Notes under the pieces: model-generated
What the model saw: the letters and a program-made list of their open reading frames with translations, nothing else
The model's database searches: none
What the model was told of the DNA's origin: nothing
DNA from: Escherichia phage Sekstaphage-1
Sequence record: OR545379
Length of the DNA: 39,368 nt
Direction: 5' to 3' (one strand)
Shown here: positions 1 through 8,514 of the stretch, in pieces
How positions within the stretch are numbered: position 1 is the first letter of the stretch
Layout of the letters: the number at the start of each line of letters is the position of its first letter
Program-made: the position numbers and the translations under genes

Positions 1-227
1 TCTCACAGTGTAAGAACCTCAAGTACCCCCATAGCCCTCTTAAAGCCACCAAAAGGAAGCCCTACCCCTAGGGTTTAACCTTCGGTTAACCTTGGGTCTC
101 TCATCAAGTGGCCTATAGGATAGCCTAAAGTGGTGCCTAAAGTCAATACCTAAAGTGATGGCTGCCTATTGGAGACTTAAAGAGTGTCCTAGTGTACCAG
201 TTCGATAGTACATCTCTATGTATCCCT
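1..227. repeat. Left direct terminal repeat (TR) of the linear phage genome
   Basis: Positions 1..227 are identical to 39142..39368 at the other end of the window; T7-group genomes carry 160-230 bp terminal redundancy. Confidence 0.9.
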
Positions 228-290
228 ATCTGTTAGCCTCCTAAAGTAAACCCTAAAGCCACTACCTAAAGCCACCACCTAAAGAGTGAC
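124..290. repeat. Arrays of the short heptamer CCTAAAG near the left end
   Basis: CCTAAAG occurs at 124-130, 136-142, 149-155 and again several times in 238-290; T7-group genomes have such arrays flanking the terminal repeat. Confidence 0.7.
228..234 (+). promoter_or_regulatory. ATCTGTT class II pause/termination signal for phage RNAP (concatemer-junction type)
   Basis: Exact ATCTGTT immediately after the end of the terminal repeat, the position of the CJ pause site in T7. Confidence 0.55.
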
Positions 291-374
291 GCTATCTTAA
301 AGACAACCAGACCGATAGACCCACTGTTAACCTGTAGTGCTGCCCTGTAGTTGTCTATAATATCCAACGTTGTC

Positions 375-397
375 TATTTACCCTCACTAAAGGGAAT
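375..397 (+). promoter_or_regulatory. Phage RNAP promoter (phiOL-like)
   Basis: tatttaCCCTCACTAAAGGGAat matches the T3-type consensus core; sits left of the early promoters as phiOL does in T7. Confidence 0.7.
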
Positions 398-451
398 AAG
401 GTGGATACTTAAAGAGGGAATAAAGATTTAATAAAAGATTAGAATTAAGTG

Positions 452-482
452 TTGACTTTAAGTTACCTTTAAGGCTATTATT
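452..482 (+). promoter_or_regulatory. Host sigma70 early promoter (A1-like)
   Basis: TTGACT -35 at 452-457 with an AT-rich -10 candidate (TATTAT, 476-481) at 18 bp spacing. Confidence 0.55.
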
Positions 483-580
483 CATCTCGTCAACGGGACA
501 ACGGCCTTAAAGCCACTCCCTGAGATACCGGAGTCAACCGGATAAGTAGACAGCCTGATAAGTCATACGAAAAACAGGCA

Positions 581-610
581 TTGACAACGCAAGGTAACAA
601 GTAGTAAGAT
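581..610 (+). promoter_or_regulatory. Host sigma70 early promoter (A2-like)
   Basis: TTGACA at 581-586 and TAAGAT at 605-610 with an 18-bp spacer; closely resembles the T7 A2 promoter as I recall it. Confidence 0.75.
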
Positions 611-691
611 GTACCACATAACGTTAACCACCGCTTCGGTGTCTTCTAGGTGACTTAAGCGCACCACGGCACATAAAGTTAAACAAAGTGG

Positions 692-720
692 TTGACAACA
701 TGAAGTAAGCACGGTACGAT
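692..720 (+). promoter_or_regulatory. Host sigma70 early promoter (A3-like)
   Basis: TTGACA at 692-697 and TACGAT at 715-720 with a 17-bp spacer, followed by GTACCACATGAAACGACAGTGAG as in T7 A3. Confidence 0.8.
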
Positions 721-837
721 GTACCACATGAAACGACAGTGAGGCGGGACACTGAAAGCCGCTAGGGTCTAACGAAACCAGACCGACACGCTCTTTAACA
801 ATCTGGATAATAGCTCTTGAGTGTACCATATAAGCGA

Positions 838-878
838 ATAACTCAAGGTCGCACTGAAAGCGTGGCCTTTATGATATT
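838..878 (+). promoter_or_regulatory. RNase III processing hairpin (R0.3-like)
   Basis: AACTCAAGGTCGC...GTGGCCTTTATGAT imperfect hairpin; the same motif recurs at 1374, 5676, 12809, 17268 and 35440. Confidence 0.65.
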
Positions 879-909
879 CACTTAACGAACTAACATGAGG
901 TAACACCAA

Positions 910-1368
910 ATGATTTTCACTAAAGAGCCTGCGAACGTCTTCTATGTACTGGTTTCCGCTTTCCGTTCTAACCTCTGCGATGAGGTGAATATGAGCAGAC
1001 ACCGCCACATGGTAAGCACTTTACGTGCCGCACCGGGTCTTTATGGCTCCGTTGAGTCAACCGATTTGACCGGGTGCTATCGTGAGGCAATCTCAAGCGC
1101 ACCAACTGAGGAAAAAACTGTTCGTGTACGCTGCAAGGACAAAGCGCAGGCACTCAATGTTGCACGCCTAGCTTGTAATGAGTGGGAGCAAGATTGCGTA
1201 CTGGTATACAAATCACAGACTCACACGGCTGGTCTGGTGTACGCTAAAGGTATCGACGGGTATAAGGCTGAACGTCTGCCGGGTAGTTTCCAAGAGGTTC
1301 CTAAAGGCGCACCGCTGCAAGGCTGCTTCACTATTGATGAGTTCGGTCGCCGCTGGCAAGTACAATAA
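910..1368 (+). CDS. 0.3: S-adenosyl-L-methionine-degrading anti-restriction protein (T3 gene 0.3 type, SAMase)
   Basis: 152-aa ORF with GAGGT ribosome-binding site; first gene after the early promoters; sequence matches the T3 SAMase as I recall it rather than T7 Ocr. Confidence 0.85.
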   Translation: MIFTKEPANVFYVLVSAFRSNLCDEVNMSRHRHMVSTLRAAPGLYGSVESTDLTGCYREAISSAPTEEKTVRVRCKDKAQALNVARLACNEWEQDCVLVYKSQTHTAGLVYAKGIDGYKAERLPGSFQEVPKGAPLQGCFTIDEFGRRWQVQ

Positions 1369-1373
1369 GTGTT

Positions 1374-1412
1374 AAACTCAAGGTCATGCACGATGCGTGG
1401 CCTTTATGATTA
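1374..1412 (+). promoter_or_regulatory. RNase III processing hairpin (R0.5-like)
   Basis: AAACTCAAGGTCATGCACGATGCGTGGCCTTTATGATT. Confidence 0.65.
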
Positions 1413-1438
1413 ACATTCTCTCCATATGAGGTATTGAA

Positions 1439-1636
1439 ATGCTCACAGCACTAATTGCACTGGTCTATCTGTGCATCGCTATGTACTTTATGCGAGACTT
1501 CAAGCGCGGTCTGGTAGTCCATAAGGCAACACTGAGTTACTTTAAGTGGGGATTCATCCCACGGTTTACGGTTCGTGAACGCAATGGACGCTTTAAGGCC
1601 AATAAGGTAGGAGTATTCTACATTGCTACGCACTAA
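1439..1636 (+). CDS. 0.6: Early protein, gene 0.6-like (function unknown)
   Basis: 65-aa ORF with GAGGT ribosome-binding site between 0.3 and 0.7; assigned by position. Confidence 0.5.
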   Translation: MLTALIALVYLCIAMYFMRDFKRGLVVHKATLSYFKWGFIPRFTVRERNGRFKANKVGVFYIATH

Positions 1637-1804
1637 CTCAAAGCACGTAAAGACCGCACTGTATGCGATGGCGTATGGTGCATCGAAACGCAAGGTCAAA
1701 CGCATCTTAACGAGACACCGCAAGATGACCGCACGACAGGCTGCAAGCGCTGTCAAATGGGCTGAATTTACTCTTTACTCTTACAGATAACAGGACACTG
1801 AACG

Positions 1805-2914
1805 ATGACTTTCACCGAAGCACAAGCCGCACTCGAAGCTATCCGCAACCTACCGATTGACCGATTGGATGAACGCCAGCCCATGCTGGTGGCTCTTGCG
1901 GCTGCTATCGTGAACGATGAGACCCAAGACGGCGAACTGACGCAGGCCAAGGGCAATTGGGGTCTGGAGTCGATGGACTACTGGCAGACACTGGCGGAGC
2001 GTATGCGTGATGTTGGCTTTGTACGCTTGGGTAACGGTCACTTTAGCGCAGCCTATGAGCACGCACTGCTACCGGGCAAGGTTATCAAGGTAGGCTTTAA
2101 GAAAGAGGATTCAGGCGCAGCCTATGCAGCATTCTGCCGTATGAATCAAGGGCGCGAAGGTATCCCTACGGTGTACGACATTCAGCGTCATGCAGGCTGT
2201 TACACGGTGGTTCTTGACTATCTGAACCCGCTTAACGATTGGTGCTATGGTGAGAGTGACAAGGTGCGTCACCACTTCAAAGCCGCACGGGAAATCATTG
2301 AGGAGGATTGCTTTGATGCTGCCGAAGAGTACCCAATAAGTGACGGGTTCATTGAGACCTGCAAGGATATTCGCAAGTTCTTCTTAGGCATCGCATCATT
2401 CGATTGTCACAGCGGTAACATGATGAAAGACCAGATGGGCCGCTTGATTATCACAGACCCGGTATCGTTCAGTGCAGACGACAAGTTAAAGCCTAACGAG
2501 TTCCACTGTGACCCGGATGAACTAATCGCCGAGATTGAGGCACTGAGGGCGCAGGAGGCTATCGAGCGCTGCAAGGCACGCAAGGCTAGACGTGACCCTA
2601 AAGGAACCTTTCAGGCAGCGCGTAAAGCACGCATCAAGTGGCGCAGAAAGGCCTCTAAGCGCGAGAAGCGCAACGCTAAGGTACTCGCTAGGATGCGCAT
2701 GGACGCCAATCAGAATCGCAGGGATGAGCCTAGGGCGCGTATGGTGTGGGGCGATAAGCACTGGCGCAACGCTTGGATGCACCACAACAACCTAAACTTT
2801 GCAGAACTGGAGCGCCGCGCTGCTGCGGTAATGATGCTGCATGATGAGGTGCGAATTCAGTGGGGCAAACCGTTACACATAGACGCATACCTTGACAAGC
2901 GTCTACAAGGCTGA
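1805..2914 (+). CDS. 0.7: Serine/threonine protein kinase / host transcription shut-off protein (gp0.7)
   Basis: 369-aa ORF; LGNGHFSAAY...VIKVGFKKEDSGAAYAAFCRM...HAGCYTVVLD is near-identical to T7 gp0.7 kinase motifs as I recall them. Confidence 0.9.
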   Translation: MTFTEAQAALEAIRNLPIDRLDERQPMLVALAAAIVNDETQDGELTQAKGNWGLESMDYWQTLAERMRDVGFVRLGNGHFSAAYEHALLPGKVIKVGFKKEDSGAAYAAFCRMNQGREGIPTVYDIQRHAGCYTVVLDYLNPLNDWCYGESDKVRHHFKAAREIIEEDCFDAAEEYPISDGFIETCKDIRKFFLGIASFDCHSGNMMKDQMGRLIITDPVSFSADDKLKPNEFHCDPDELIAEIEALRAQEAIERCKARKARRDPKGTFQAARKARIKWRRKASKREKRNAKVLARMRMDANQNRRDEPRARMVWGDKHWRNAWMHHNNLNFAELERRAAAVMMLHDEVRIQWGKPLHIDAYLDKRLQG

Positions 2915-2926
2915 TAGAGTCTTATC

Positions 2927-2960
2927 TTACAGGTCATCATTCGGTGGCCTGAATAGGTAC
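2927..2960 (+). promoter_or_regulatory. Possible RNase III site upstream of gene 1 (R1-like)
   Basis: CAGGTCATCATTCGGTGGCCTGAATAGG partly resembles the AAGGTC...GTGGCCTTTA motif; weaker than the other sites. Confidence 0.35.
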
Positions 2961-2984
2961 GATTTATTCACAATGAGGCAAGCA

Positions 2985-5639
2985 ATGAACATCATCGAAA
3001 CTATCGAAAAGAACGACTTCTCTGAAATCGAACTGGCTGCAATCCCGTTCAACACTCTGGCAGACCATTACGGTAGCGCATTGGCTCGTGAACAACTAGC
3101 TTTAGAGCATGAGTCTTATGAGCTAGGCGAGCGCCGCTTCCTCAAGATGCTTGAGCGTCAAGCGAAAGCTGGTGAGATTGCAGACAACGCAGCCGCTAAG
3201 CCATTACTCGCTACGCTTCTCCCTAAGTTAACCGCACGTATCGTCGAGTGGCTCGAAGAGTACGCATCGAAGAAAGGCCGCAAGCCTAGCGCTTATGCTC
3301 CGCTCCAGCTACTCAAGCCGGAAGCCTCCGCGTTTATCACCCTGAAAGTTATCCTTGCGTCACTGACCAGCACGAGCATGACAACCATTCAGGCCGCTGC
3401 TGGTATGCTGGGGAAGGCCATTGAGGATGAGGCACGTTTCGGGCGCATCCGTGACCTCGAAGCGAAGCACTTCAAGAAGCACGTTGAGGAACAGCTTAAC
3501 AAGCGCCACGGGCAAGTCTACAAGAAAGCCTTTATGCAGGTGGTCGAGGCCGATATGATTGGTCGAGGTCTGCTTGGTGGCGAGGCGTGGTCTAGCTGGG
3601 ATAAAGAAACCACGATGCACGTAGGGATTCGCCTGATTGAAATGCTGATTGAATCCACGGGTCTGGTGGAATTACAGCGCCACAACGCAGGTAACGCAGG
3701 CTCTGACCATGAGGCACTGCAACTGGCCCAAGAGTACGTGGACGTATTAGCGAAGCGTGCAGGCGCTCTAGCGGGTATCTCTCCGATGTTCCAGCCGTGT
3801 GTCGTACCGCCGAAACCTTGGGTAGCAATCACCGGGGGCGGCTATTGGGCTAACGGTCGCAGACCTTTGGCACTCGTTCGCACTCACTCTAAGAAGGGTC
3901 TGATGCGCTACGAAGATGTGTACATGCCAGAAGTTTATAAGGCGGTCAACATTGCACAGAACACCGCATGGAAAATCAATAAGAAAGTCCTCGCGGTTGT
4001 CAACGAGATTGTGAACTGGAAGAACTGCCCTGTAGCAGACATTCCTTCGCTGGAGCGCCAAGAGTTACCGCCTAAGCCGGACGACATTGACACCAACGAG
4101 GCAGCACTAAAGGAGTGGAAGAAAGCCGCCGCTGGTATCTACCGCTTGGACAAGGCACGAGTGTCTCGCCGTATCAGCTTAGAGTTCATGCTGGAGCAGG
4201 CCAACAAGTTCGCAAGCAAGAAAGCAATCTGGTTCCCTTACAACATGGACTGGCGCGGTCGTGTGTATGCTGTGCCGATGTTCAACCCGCAAGGCAACGA
4301 CATGACGAAAGGTCTGCTGACCCTCGCTAAAGGCAAGCCAATCGGTGAGGAAGGTTTCTACTGGCTGAAAATCCACGGTGCGAACTGTGCGGGTGTCGAT
4401 AAGGTTCCTTTCCCTGAGCGCATCGCGTTCATTGAGAAGCACGTAGACGACATTCTGGCTTGCGCTAAAGACCCAATCAATAACACTTGGTGGGCCGAGC
4501 AGGATTCACCTTTCTGTTTCCTCGCGTTCTGCTTCGAGTATGCAGGCGTTGCTCACCACGGTCTGAGTTACAATTGCTCTCTGCCGCTGGCGTTCGACGG
4601 GTCTTGCTCTGGTATCCAGCACTTCTCCGCGATGCTCCGCGATGAGGTAGGCGGTCGTGCGGTTAACCTGCTGCCAAGCGAAACCGTGCAGGACATTTAC
4701 GGCATCGTTGCACAGAAAGTAAACGAGATTCTCAAACAGGATGCAATCAACGGCACACCTAACGAGATGATTACCGTGACCGACAAGGACACCGGGGAAA
4801 TCTCAGAGAAGCTCAAGCTGGGAACCTCAACGCTGGCGCAACAGTGGCTGGCATATGGTGTAACCCGTAGCGTAACTAAACGTTCGGTCATGACGCTGGC
4901 CTACGGCTCCAAGGAGTTCGGCTTCCGTCAACAGGTACTGGACGACACCATTCAGCCTGCGATTGACAGCGGTAAGGGCTTGATGTTCACCCAACCTAAC
5001 CAAGCGGCTGGCTATATGGCTAAGCTGATTTGGGACGCGGTGAGCGTGACCGTAGTCGCAGCGGTTGAGGCGATGAACTGGCTCAAGTCTGCCGCTAAGC
5101 TGCTGGCTGCTGAGGTCAAGGACAAGAAGACCAAGGAGATTCTGCGCCACCGTTGCGCGGTTCACTGGACTACGCCTGACGGCTTCCCGGTCTGGCAGGA
5201 ATACCGTAAGCCACTCCAGAAGCGTCTCGACATGATTTTCTTAGGGCAATTCCGTCTGCAACCGACGATTAATACCCTCAAGGATTCAGGCATTGATGCG
5301 CACAAGCAGGAGTCTGGCATTGCGCCTAACTTTGTTCACTCACAGGACGGTAGCCACCTCCGTATGACAGTCGTTTATGCTCACGAGAAGTATGGCATTG
5401 ATTCCTTTGCGCTCATCCATGACAGCTTTGGGACTATCCCGGCAGACGCTGGTAAGCTCTTTAAGGCTGTGCGTGAAACGATGGTAATTACCTACGAGAA
5501 CAACGATGTGCTGGCAGACTTCTATGACCAGTTTGCAGACCAGCTACACGAGACCCAACTGGACAAGATGCCTCCGCTTCCGAAGAAAGGAAACCTGAAC
5601 CTGCAAGACATTCTCAAGTCTGACTTTGCCTTTGCATAA
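2985..5639 (+). CDS. 1: Single-subunit DNA-dependent RNA polymerase (T3-type promoter specificity)
   Basis: 884 aa from the ATG at 2985 (MNIIETIEKNDFSEIELAAIPFNTLADHYG); collinear with T7 RNAP. The track ORF at 2892 is an in-frame upstream extension. Confidence 0.97.
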   Translation: MNIIETIEKNDFSEIELAAIPFNTLADHYGSALAREQLALEHESYELGERRFLKMLERQAKAGEIADNAAAKPLLATLLPKLTARIVEWLEEYASKKGRKPSAYAPLQLLKPEASAFITLKVILASLTSTSMTTIQAAAGMLGKAIEDEARFGRIRDLEAKHFKKHVEEQLNKRHGQVYKKAFMQVVEADMIGRGLLGGEAWSSWDKETTMHVGIRLIEMLIESTGLVELQRHNAGNAGSDHEALQLAQEYVDVLAKRAGALAGISPMFQPCVVPPKPWVAITGGGYWANGRRPLALVRTHSKKGLMRYEDVYMPEVYKAVNIAQNTAWKINKKVLAVVNEIVNWKNCPVADIPSLERQELPPKPDDIDTNEAALKEWKKAAAGIYRLDKARVSRRISLEFMLEQANKFASKKAIWFPYNMDWRGRVYAVPMFNPQGNDMTKGLLTLAKGKPIGEEGFYWLKIHGANCAGVDKVPFPERIAFIEKHVDDILACAKDPINNTWWAEQDSPFCFLAFCFEYAGVAHHGLSYNCSLPLAFDGSCSGIQHFSAMLRDEVGGRAVNLLPSETVQDIYGIVAQKVNEILKQDAINGTPNEMITVTDKDTGEISEKLKLGTSTLAQQWLAYGVTRSVTKRSVMTLAYGSKEFGFRQQVLDDTIQPAIDSGKGLMFTQPNQAAGYMAKLIWDAVSVTVVAAVEAMNWLKSAAKLLAAEVKDKKTKEILRHRCAVHWTTPDGFPVWQEYRKPLQKRLDMIFLGQFRLQPTINTLKDSGIDAHKQESGIAPNFVHSQDGSHLRMTVVYAHEKYGIDSFALIHDSFGTIPADAGKLFKAVRETMVITYENNDVLADFYDQFADQLHETQLDKMPPLPKKGNLNLQDILKSDFAFA

Positions 5640-5650
5640 CAAGCACTTAG

Positions 5651-5673
5651 CATTAACCCTCACTAACAGGAGA
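5651..5673 (+). promoter_or_regulatory. Phage RNAP promoter (phi1.1-like)
   Basis: cATTAACCCTCACTAACAGGAGA, 21/23 match to the T3 consensus. Confidence 0.8.
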
Positions 5674-5675
5674 GT

Positions 5676-5712
5676 TAAACTCAAGGTCATCTTCGGGTGG
5701 CCTTTGTGATTA
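5676..5712 (+). promoter_or_regulatory. RNase III processing hairpin (R1.1-like)
   Basis: AAACTCAAGGTCATCTTCGGGTGGCCTTTGTGATT. Confidence 0.65.
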
Positions 5713-5746
5713 ACTTTCAATACACATCAACATGAGGTAAGATACT

Positions 5747-5887
5747 ATGCGTACCAACTTTGAGAAATTTACCAAGCGCGATTCAGTGGTCAACGAGAAT
5801 GGCGAACAGTGGCAAGAGCGCCGTGACCGCATGAAGAAACGCCACAAGCAACAGCGCGGTAACTCACAGAAACGGGAGTGGAACTAA
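5747..5887 (+). CDS. 1.1: Small basic protein, gene 1.1 homolog
   Basis: 46-aa ORF (MRTNFEKFTKRD...QKREWN) below the track length cut-off; resembles T7 gp1.1 as I recall it. Confidence 0.7.
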   Translation: MRTNFEKFTKRDSVVNENGEQWQERRDRMKKRHKQQRGNSQKREWN

Positions 5888-5889
5888 CG

Positions 5890-6162
5890 ATGGGACGTAT
5901 CTATAGCGGAAACCTGAACGATTACAAGGACGCCATTGAGCGCCTTAAAGAAGACCACGATGTAACAGTGTCGATGGAGACATTCAGCTACGAAAACCCG
6001 GCGAAGATGTGCAGGTCATGTGGTGAGGTTCTCCGTGTGTTCACACGCTCCGGGCATCTGGTGGCATCCAGAACCTTCGAGCATAGCGACAGCGATGTAC
6101 AAATCAACGCGCAGACTGCATGGCTCCGTAAGGTTCACAGCGAATTGAAACACTGGAAGTAA
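5890..6162 (+). CDS. 1.2: Inhibitor of host dGTP triphosphohydrolase (gp1.2)
   Basis: 90 aa from ATG 5890 (MGRIYSGNL...LKHWK); matches T7 gp1.2 at both ends. The track start at 5878 is a GTG extension. Confidence 0.85.
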   Translation: MGRIYSGNLNDYKDAIERLKEDHDVTVSMETFSYENPAKMCRSCGEVLRVFTRSGHLVASRTFEHSDSDVQINAQTAWLRKVHSELKHWK

Positions 6163-6182
6163 TAACCCTCACTAAAGGGAGA
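6160..6182 (+). promoter_or_regulatory. Phage RNAP promoter (phi1.3-like)
   Basis: tAATAACCCTCACTAAAGGGAGA. Confidence 0.85.
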
Positions 6183-6200
6183 ACGAAAGGAGGAAACATT

Positions 6201-6656
6201 ATGAGAATTTCATTTGACTTAATGAGTCCTTCCTTTCTCTCATGGGATACGGGTCGTCACACTGGCGGCTCTATTCGCAACGGCTATAGAAGGGTTCGTT
6301 ATGAAGGTAAGTGGTTAAACCATCACATACTCATTTGGGAACACTTCAACGGTGCAGTCCCGGAGGGAATGGAAGTAGACCACATTGACCGTAACAAACT
6401 TAACAACGCGCCTAGTAACCTTAGACTTGTGACCCGCTCTGAGAACAACCGAAATCGGTCAGTACACCGGAACAACAAGTCAGGAATCAAAGGTGTCTAC
6501 TGGCACAAACACCGCCAAGTTTGGTACGGTCAGTGTCGAAGGGGCAACAAAACATTTATCACCGCTGGTTGCTCCACGAAGGAACAGGCGGCAGAACTTT
6601 TAGAGAAACTCAAAGAGGAAATTAATTATGATGATTTTCAAAACCGTCCCGTATAA
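6201..6656 (+). CDS. Free-standing HNH homing endonuclease with C-terminal AP2-like DNA-binding domain
   Basis: 151 aa with AAAGGAGG ribosome-binding site; HNH_3-type core WLNHHILIWEHFNGAVPEGMEVDHIDRNKLNNAPSNLRLVTRSEN and AP2-like GIKGVYWHK...KTFITAGCSTKEQAAELLEKL; sits between gene 1.2 and the ligase. Confidence 0.85.
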   Translation: MRISFDLMSPSFLSWDTGRHTGGSIRNGYRRVRYEGKWLNHHILIWEHFNGAVPEGMEVDHIDRNKLNNAPSNLRLVTRSENNRNRSVHRNNKSGIKGVYWHKHRQVWYGQCRRGNKTFITAGCSTKEQAAELLEKLKEEINYDDFQNRPV

Positions 6657-7644
6657 GGCTGTGTCATTCGTAGAGTCTGCCGTTAAGAAAGCGCTGGAGA
6701 CCTCCGGCTACCTAATGGCTGACATTAAGTATGATGGCGTGCGCGGTAACATTGTGGTTGATAACGTGGCTGAGGCTGCGTGGCTGTCCCGTGTGTCCAA
6801 GTTTATCCCGGCGCTGGAACACCTGAACGGTTTCGATAAGCGCTGGCAACAACTGCTGAACGATGACCGATGCATCTTCCCGGATGGCTTCATGCTGGAT
6901 GGCGAACTGATGGTCAAAGGTGTAGACTTCAACACCGGGTCTGGCCTGCTGCGTACCAAGTGGCTCAAGAAGAACAACTTCATGTTTGACCGTGGTGGTG
7001 TTGAGCCGCTGAAAGGTTCCAAAGTAGCCTTTGAGTTAGACCCCAAGCTACTCAGTGTTCGCCTGTATGCTGTCATGCCGATTCACATTGCTGAGTCTGG
7101 CGAGGACTACGATGTGCAGAACCTCCTGATGCCATATCATGTGGAAGCCATGCGCTCCCTTCTGGTTGAATACTTCCCGGAAATCGAGTGGCTTATCGCT
7201 GAGACCTACGAGGTCTACGATATGGATTCGCTGACTGAATTGTACGAAGAGAAGCGTGCCGAAGGTCACGAGGGTCTCATTGTGAAAGACCCGCAAGGCA
7301 TCTACAAGCGAGGCAAGAAGTCTGGCTGGTGGAAGCTAAAGCCTGAGTGTGAAGCTGATGGTATCATTCAGGGTGTCAATTGGGGAACCGAAGGGTTAGC
7401 CAACGAGGGTAAAGTGATAGGCTTTAGTGTGCTTCTTGAGACTGGTCGTTTAGTAGACGCCAACAACATCTCTCGCGCACTGATGGACGAGTTCACAGCC
7501 AACGTTAAAGCCCACGGTGAAGACTTCTACAATGGGTGGGCCTGTCAGGTCAACTACATGGAAGAAACCCCTGACGGCTCCCTGCGTCACCCTAGCTTCG
7601 AGAAGTTCCGAGGCACTGAGGACAACCCTCAAGAGAAAATGTAA
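6628..7644 (+). CDS. 1.3: ATP-dependent DNA ligase
   Basis: 338 aa; adenylation motif KYDGVRG and long collinearity with T7 ligase; its start overlaps the end of the upstream HNH gene by 29 nt. Confidence 0.95.
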   Translation: MMIFKTVPYKAVSFVESAVKKALETSGYLMADIKYDGVRGNIVVDNVAEAAWLSRVSKFIPALEHLNGFDKRWQQLLNDDRCIFPDGFMLDGELMVKGVDFNTGSGLLRTKWLKKNNFMFDRGGVEPLKGSKVAFELDPKLLSVRLYAVMPIHIAESGEDYDVQNLLMPYHVEAMRSLLVEYFPEIEWLIAETYEVYDMDSLTELYEEKRAEGHEGLIVKDPQGIYKRGKKSGWWKLKPECEADGIIQGVNWGTEGLANEGKVIGFSVLLETGRLVDANNISRALMDEFTANVKAHGEDFYNGWACQVNYMEETPDGSLRHPSFEKFRGTEDNPQEKM

Positions 7645-7653
7645 CCGCGCACT

Positions 7654-7685
7654 GGCTCACCTTAACGGGTGGGCCTTTCTTCGTT
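7654..7685 (+). terminator. Rho-independent terminator after the ligase gene (TE-like, end of the early region)
   Basis: 8-bp stem GGCTCACC/GGTGGGCC with a short loop, followed by TTTCTTCGTT. Confidence 0.7.
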
Positions 7686-7692
7686 CCGGGGG

Positions 7693-7715
7693 CATTAACC
7701 CTCACTAACAGGAGA
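7693..7715 (+). promoter_or_regulatory. Phage RNAP promoter
   Basis: cATTAACCCTCACTAACAGGAGA. Confidence 0.8.
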
Positions 7716-7721
7716 CACACC

Positions 7722-7799
7722 ATGTGGACTATCCTATTTGCTATCGTCGCAACGCTTGGATTAATGGCTGCCGACGACAACATTTGGCCTGATTGTTAA
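7722..7799 (+). CDS. Very small hydrophobic ORF (gene 1.5 position)
   Basis: 25-aa ORF MWTILFAIVATLGLMAADDNIWPDC with AGGAGA 6 nt upstream, right after a phage promoter. Confidence 0.4.
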   Translation: MWTILFAIVATLGLMAADDNIWPDC

Positions 7800-7811
7800 G
7801 GAGACAACATC

Positions 7812-8381
7812 ATGCGTTTACACTTCAACACATCAAATGGTATCTTTTCGGTTCGCCGTGAAGACCGCTCTACAGCAGTGGCCTCTGAGCGCAACGCCAA
7901 GCTGCCGCTGATTGGTTCGGTCGTACCATTGTCGCCGCGTGTTCACCTACTGATCACTCGTGGAGAGTTCATTAAAGCGATGAACAAAAAGCGCCCGCAT
8001 CTGGAAGCCGTGGTCACTTACTGGCCTCGCATCCGTCTGTTCATTAAGTGGATTAAGGAGGTTCTTCCGAACAACCTGATTCCGCTGCCTAAAGCTGACG
8101 TTAAGACTCAGAACGTGGAAGCACCGAAGCCAGAAGTCAAGTCTGACGTGACCCACCCGAACCACTACATGCTGTTCGACAACGTGGAAGCCATTGAGAT
8201 TATCGCCCGGTCAATGACCGTCGAGCAATTCAAAGGCTACGTGCTGGGGAACATCCTGAAATACCGCCTGCGTGCTGGTAAGAAATCCGAACTGGCAACG
8301 ATGGAGAAAGACCTTAAGAAAGCTGCATTCTATCAGGAACTCTTTGACAAACACCGGGGGCTGTGTTATGACGCTTCGTGA
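7812..8381 (+). CDS. Single ORF joining a gene 1.6-like N-terminus to a gene 1.7-like (nucleotide kinase) C-terminus
   Basis: 189 aa; residues 1-85 resemble T7 gp1.6 ([20 protein letters not shown]...IKWIKEV); the C-terminus [26 protein letters not shown]...GKKSELA matches the conserved end of T7 gp1.7. Confidence 0.8.
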   Translation: MRLHFNTSNGIFSVRREDRSTAVASERNAKLPLIGSVVPLSPRVHLLITRGEFIKAMNKKRPHLEAVVTYWPRIRLFIKWIKEVLPNNLIPLPKADVKTQNVEAPKPEVKSDVTHPNHYMLFDNVEAIEIIARSMTVEQFKGYVLGNILKYRLRAGKKSELATMEKDLKKAAFYQELFDKHRGLCYDAS

Positions 8382-8514
8382 ATGCTGCGATTGGTGTGCC
8401 GCTAAGTGGAACCAAGCTATCGAGGCTGGTGATGAGGCTGCTGCCAACGCTTACCAACAACTGTACGCGCTGTGGGAGCGGCGCTTTAAGGAGGCTCAAA
8501 GTGGAGCAACGTGA
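8368..8514 (+). CDS. 1.8: Gene 1.8 homolog (small Cys-containing protein)
   Basis: 48 aa from ATG 8368 ([21 protein letters not shown]...); position between 1.7 and 2. Confidence 0.6.
   Translation: MTLRECCDWCAAKWNQAIEAGDEAAANAYQQLYALWERRFKEAQSGAT

Noticed and set aside
124-290. Possible CRISPR-like array suggested by the short repeats
   Set aside because: The repeats are 7 bp (CCTAAAG) with irregular short spacing, characteristic of T7-group genome ends, not 25-40 bp CRISPR repeats with uniform spacers.
2892-2984. N-terminal extension of the RNA polymerase ORF in the track
   Set aside because: Conserved RNAP N-terminus MNIIETIEKNDF begins at ATG 2985; the upstream part is not conserved.
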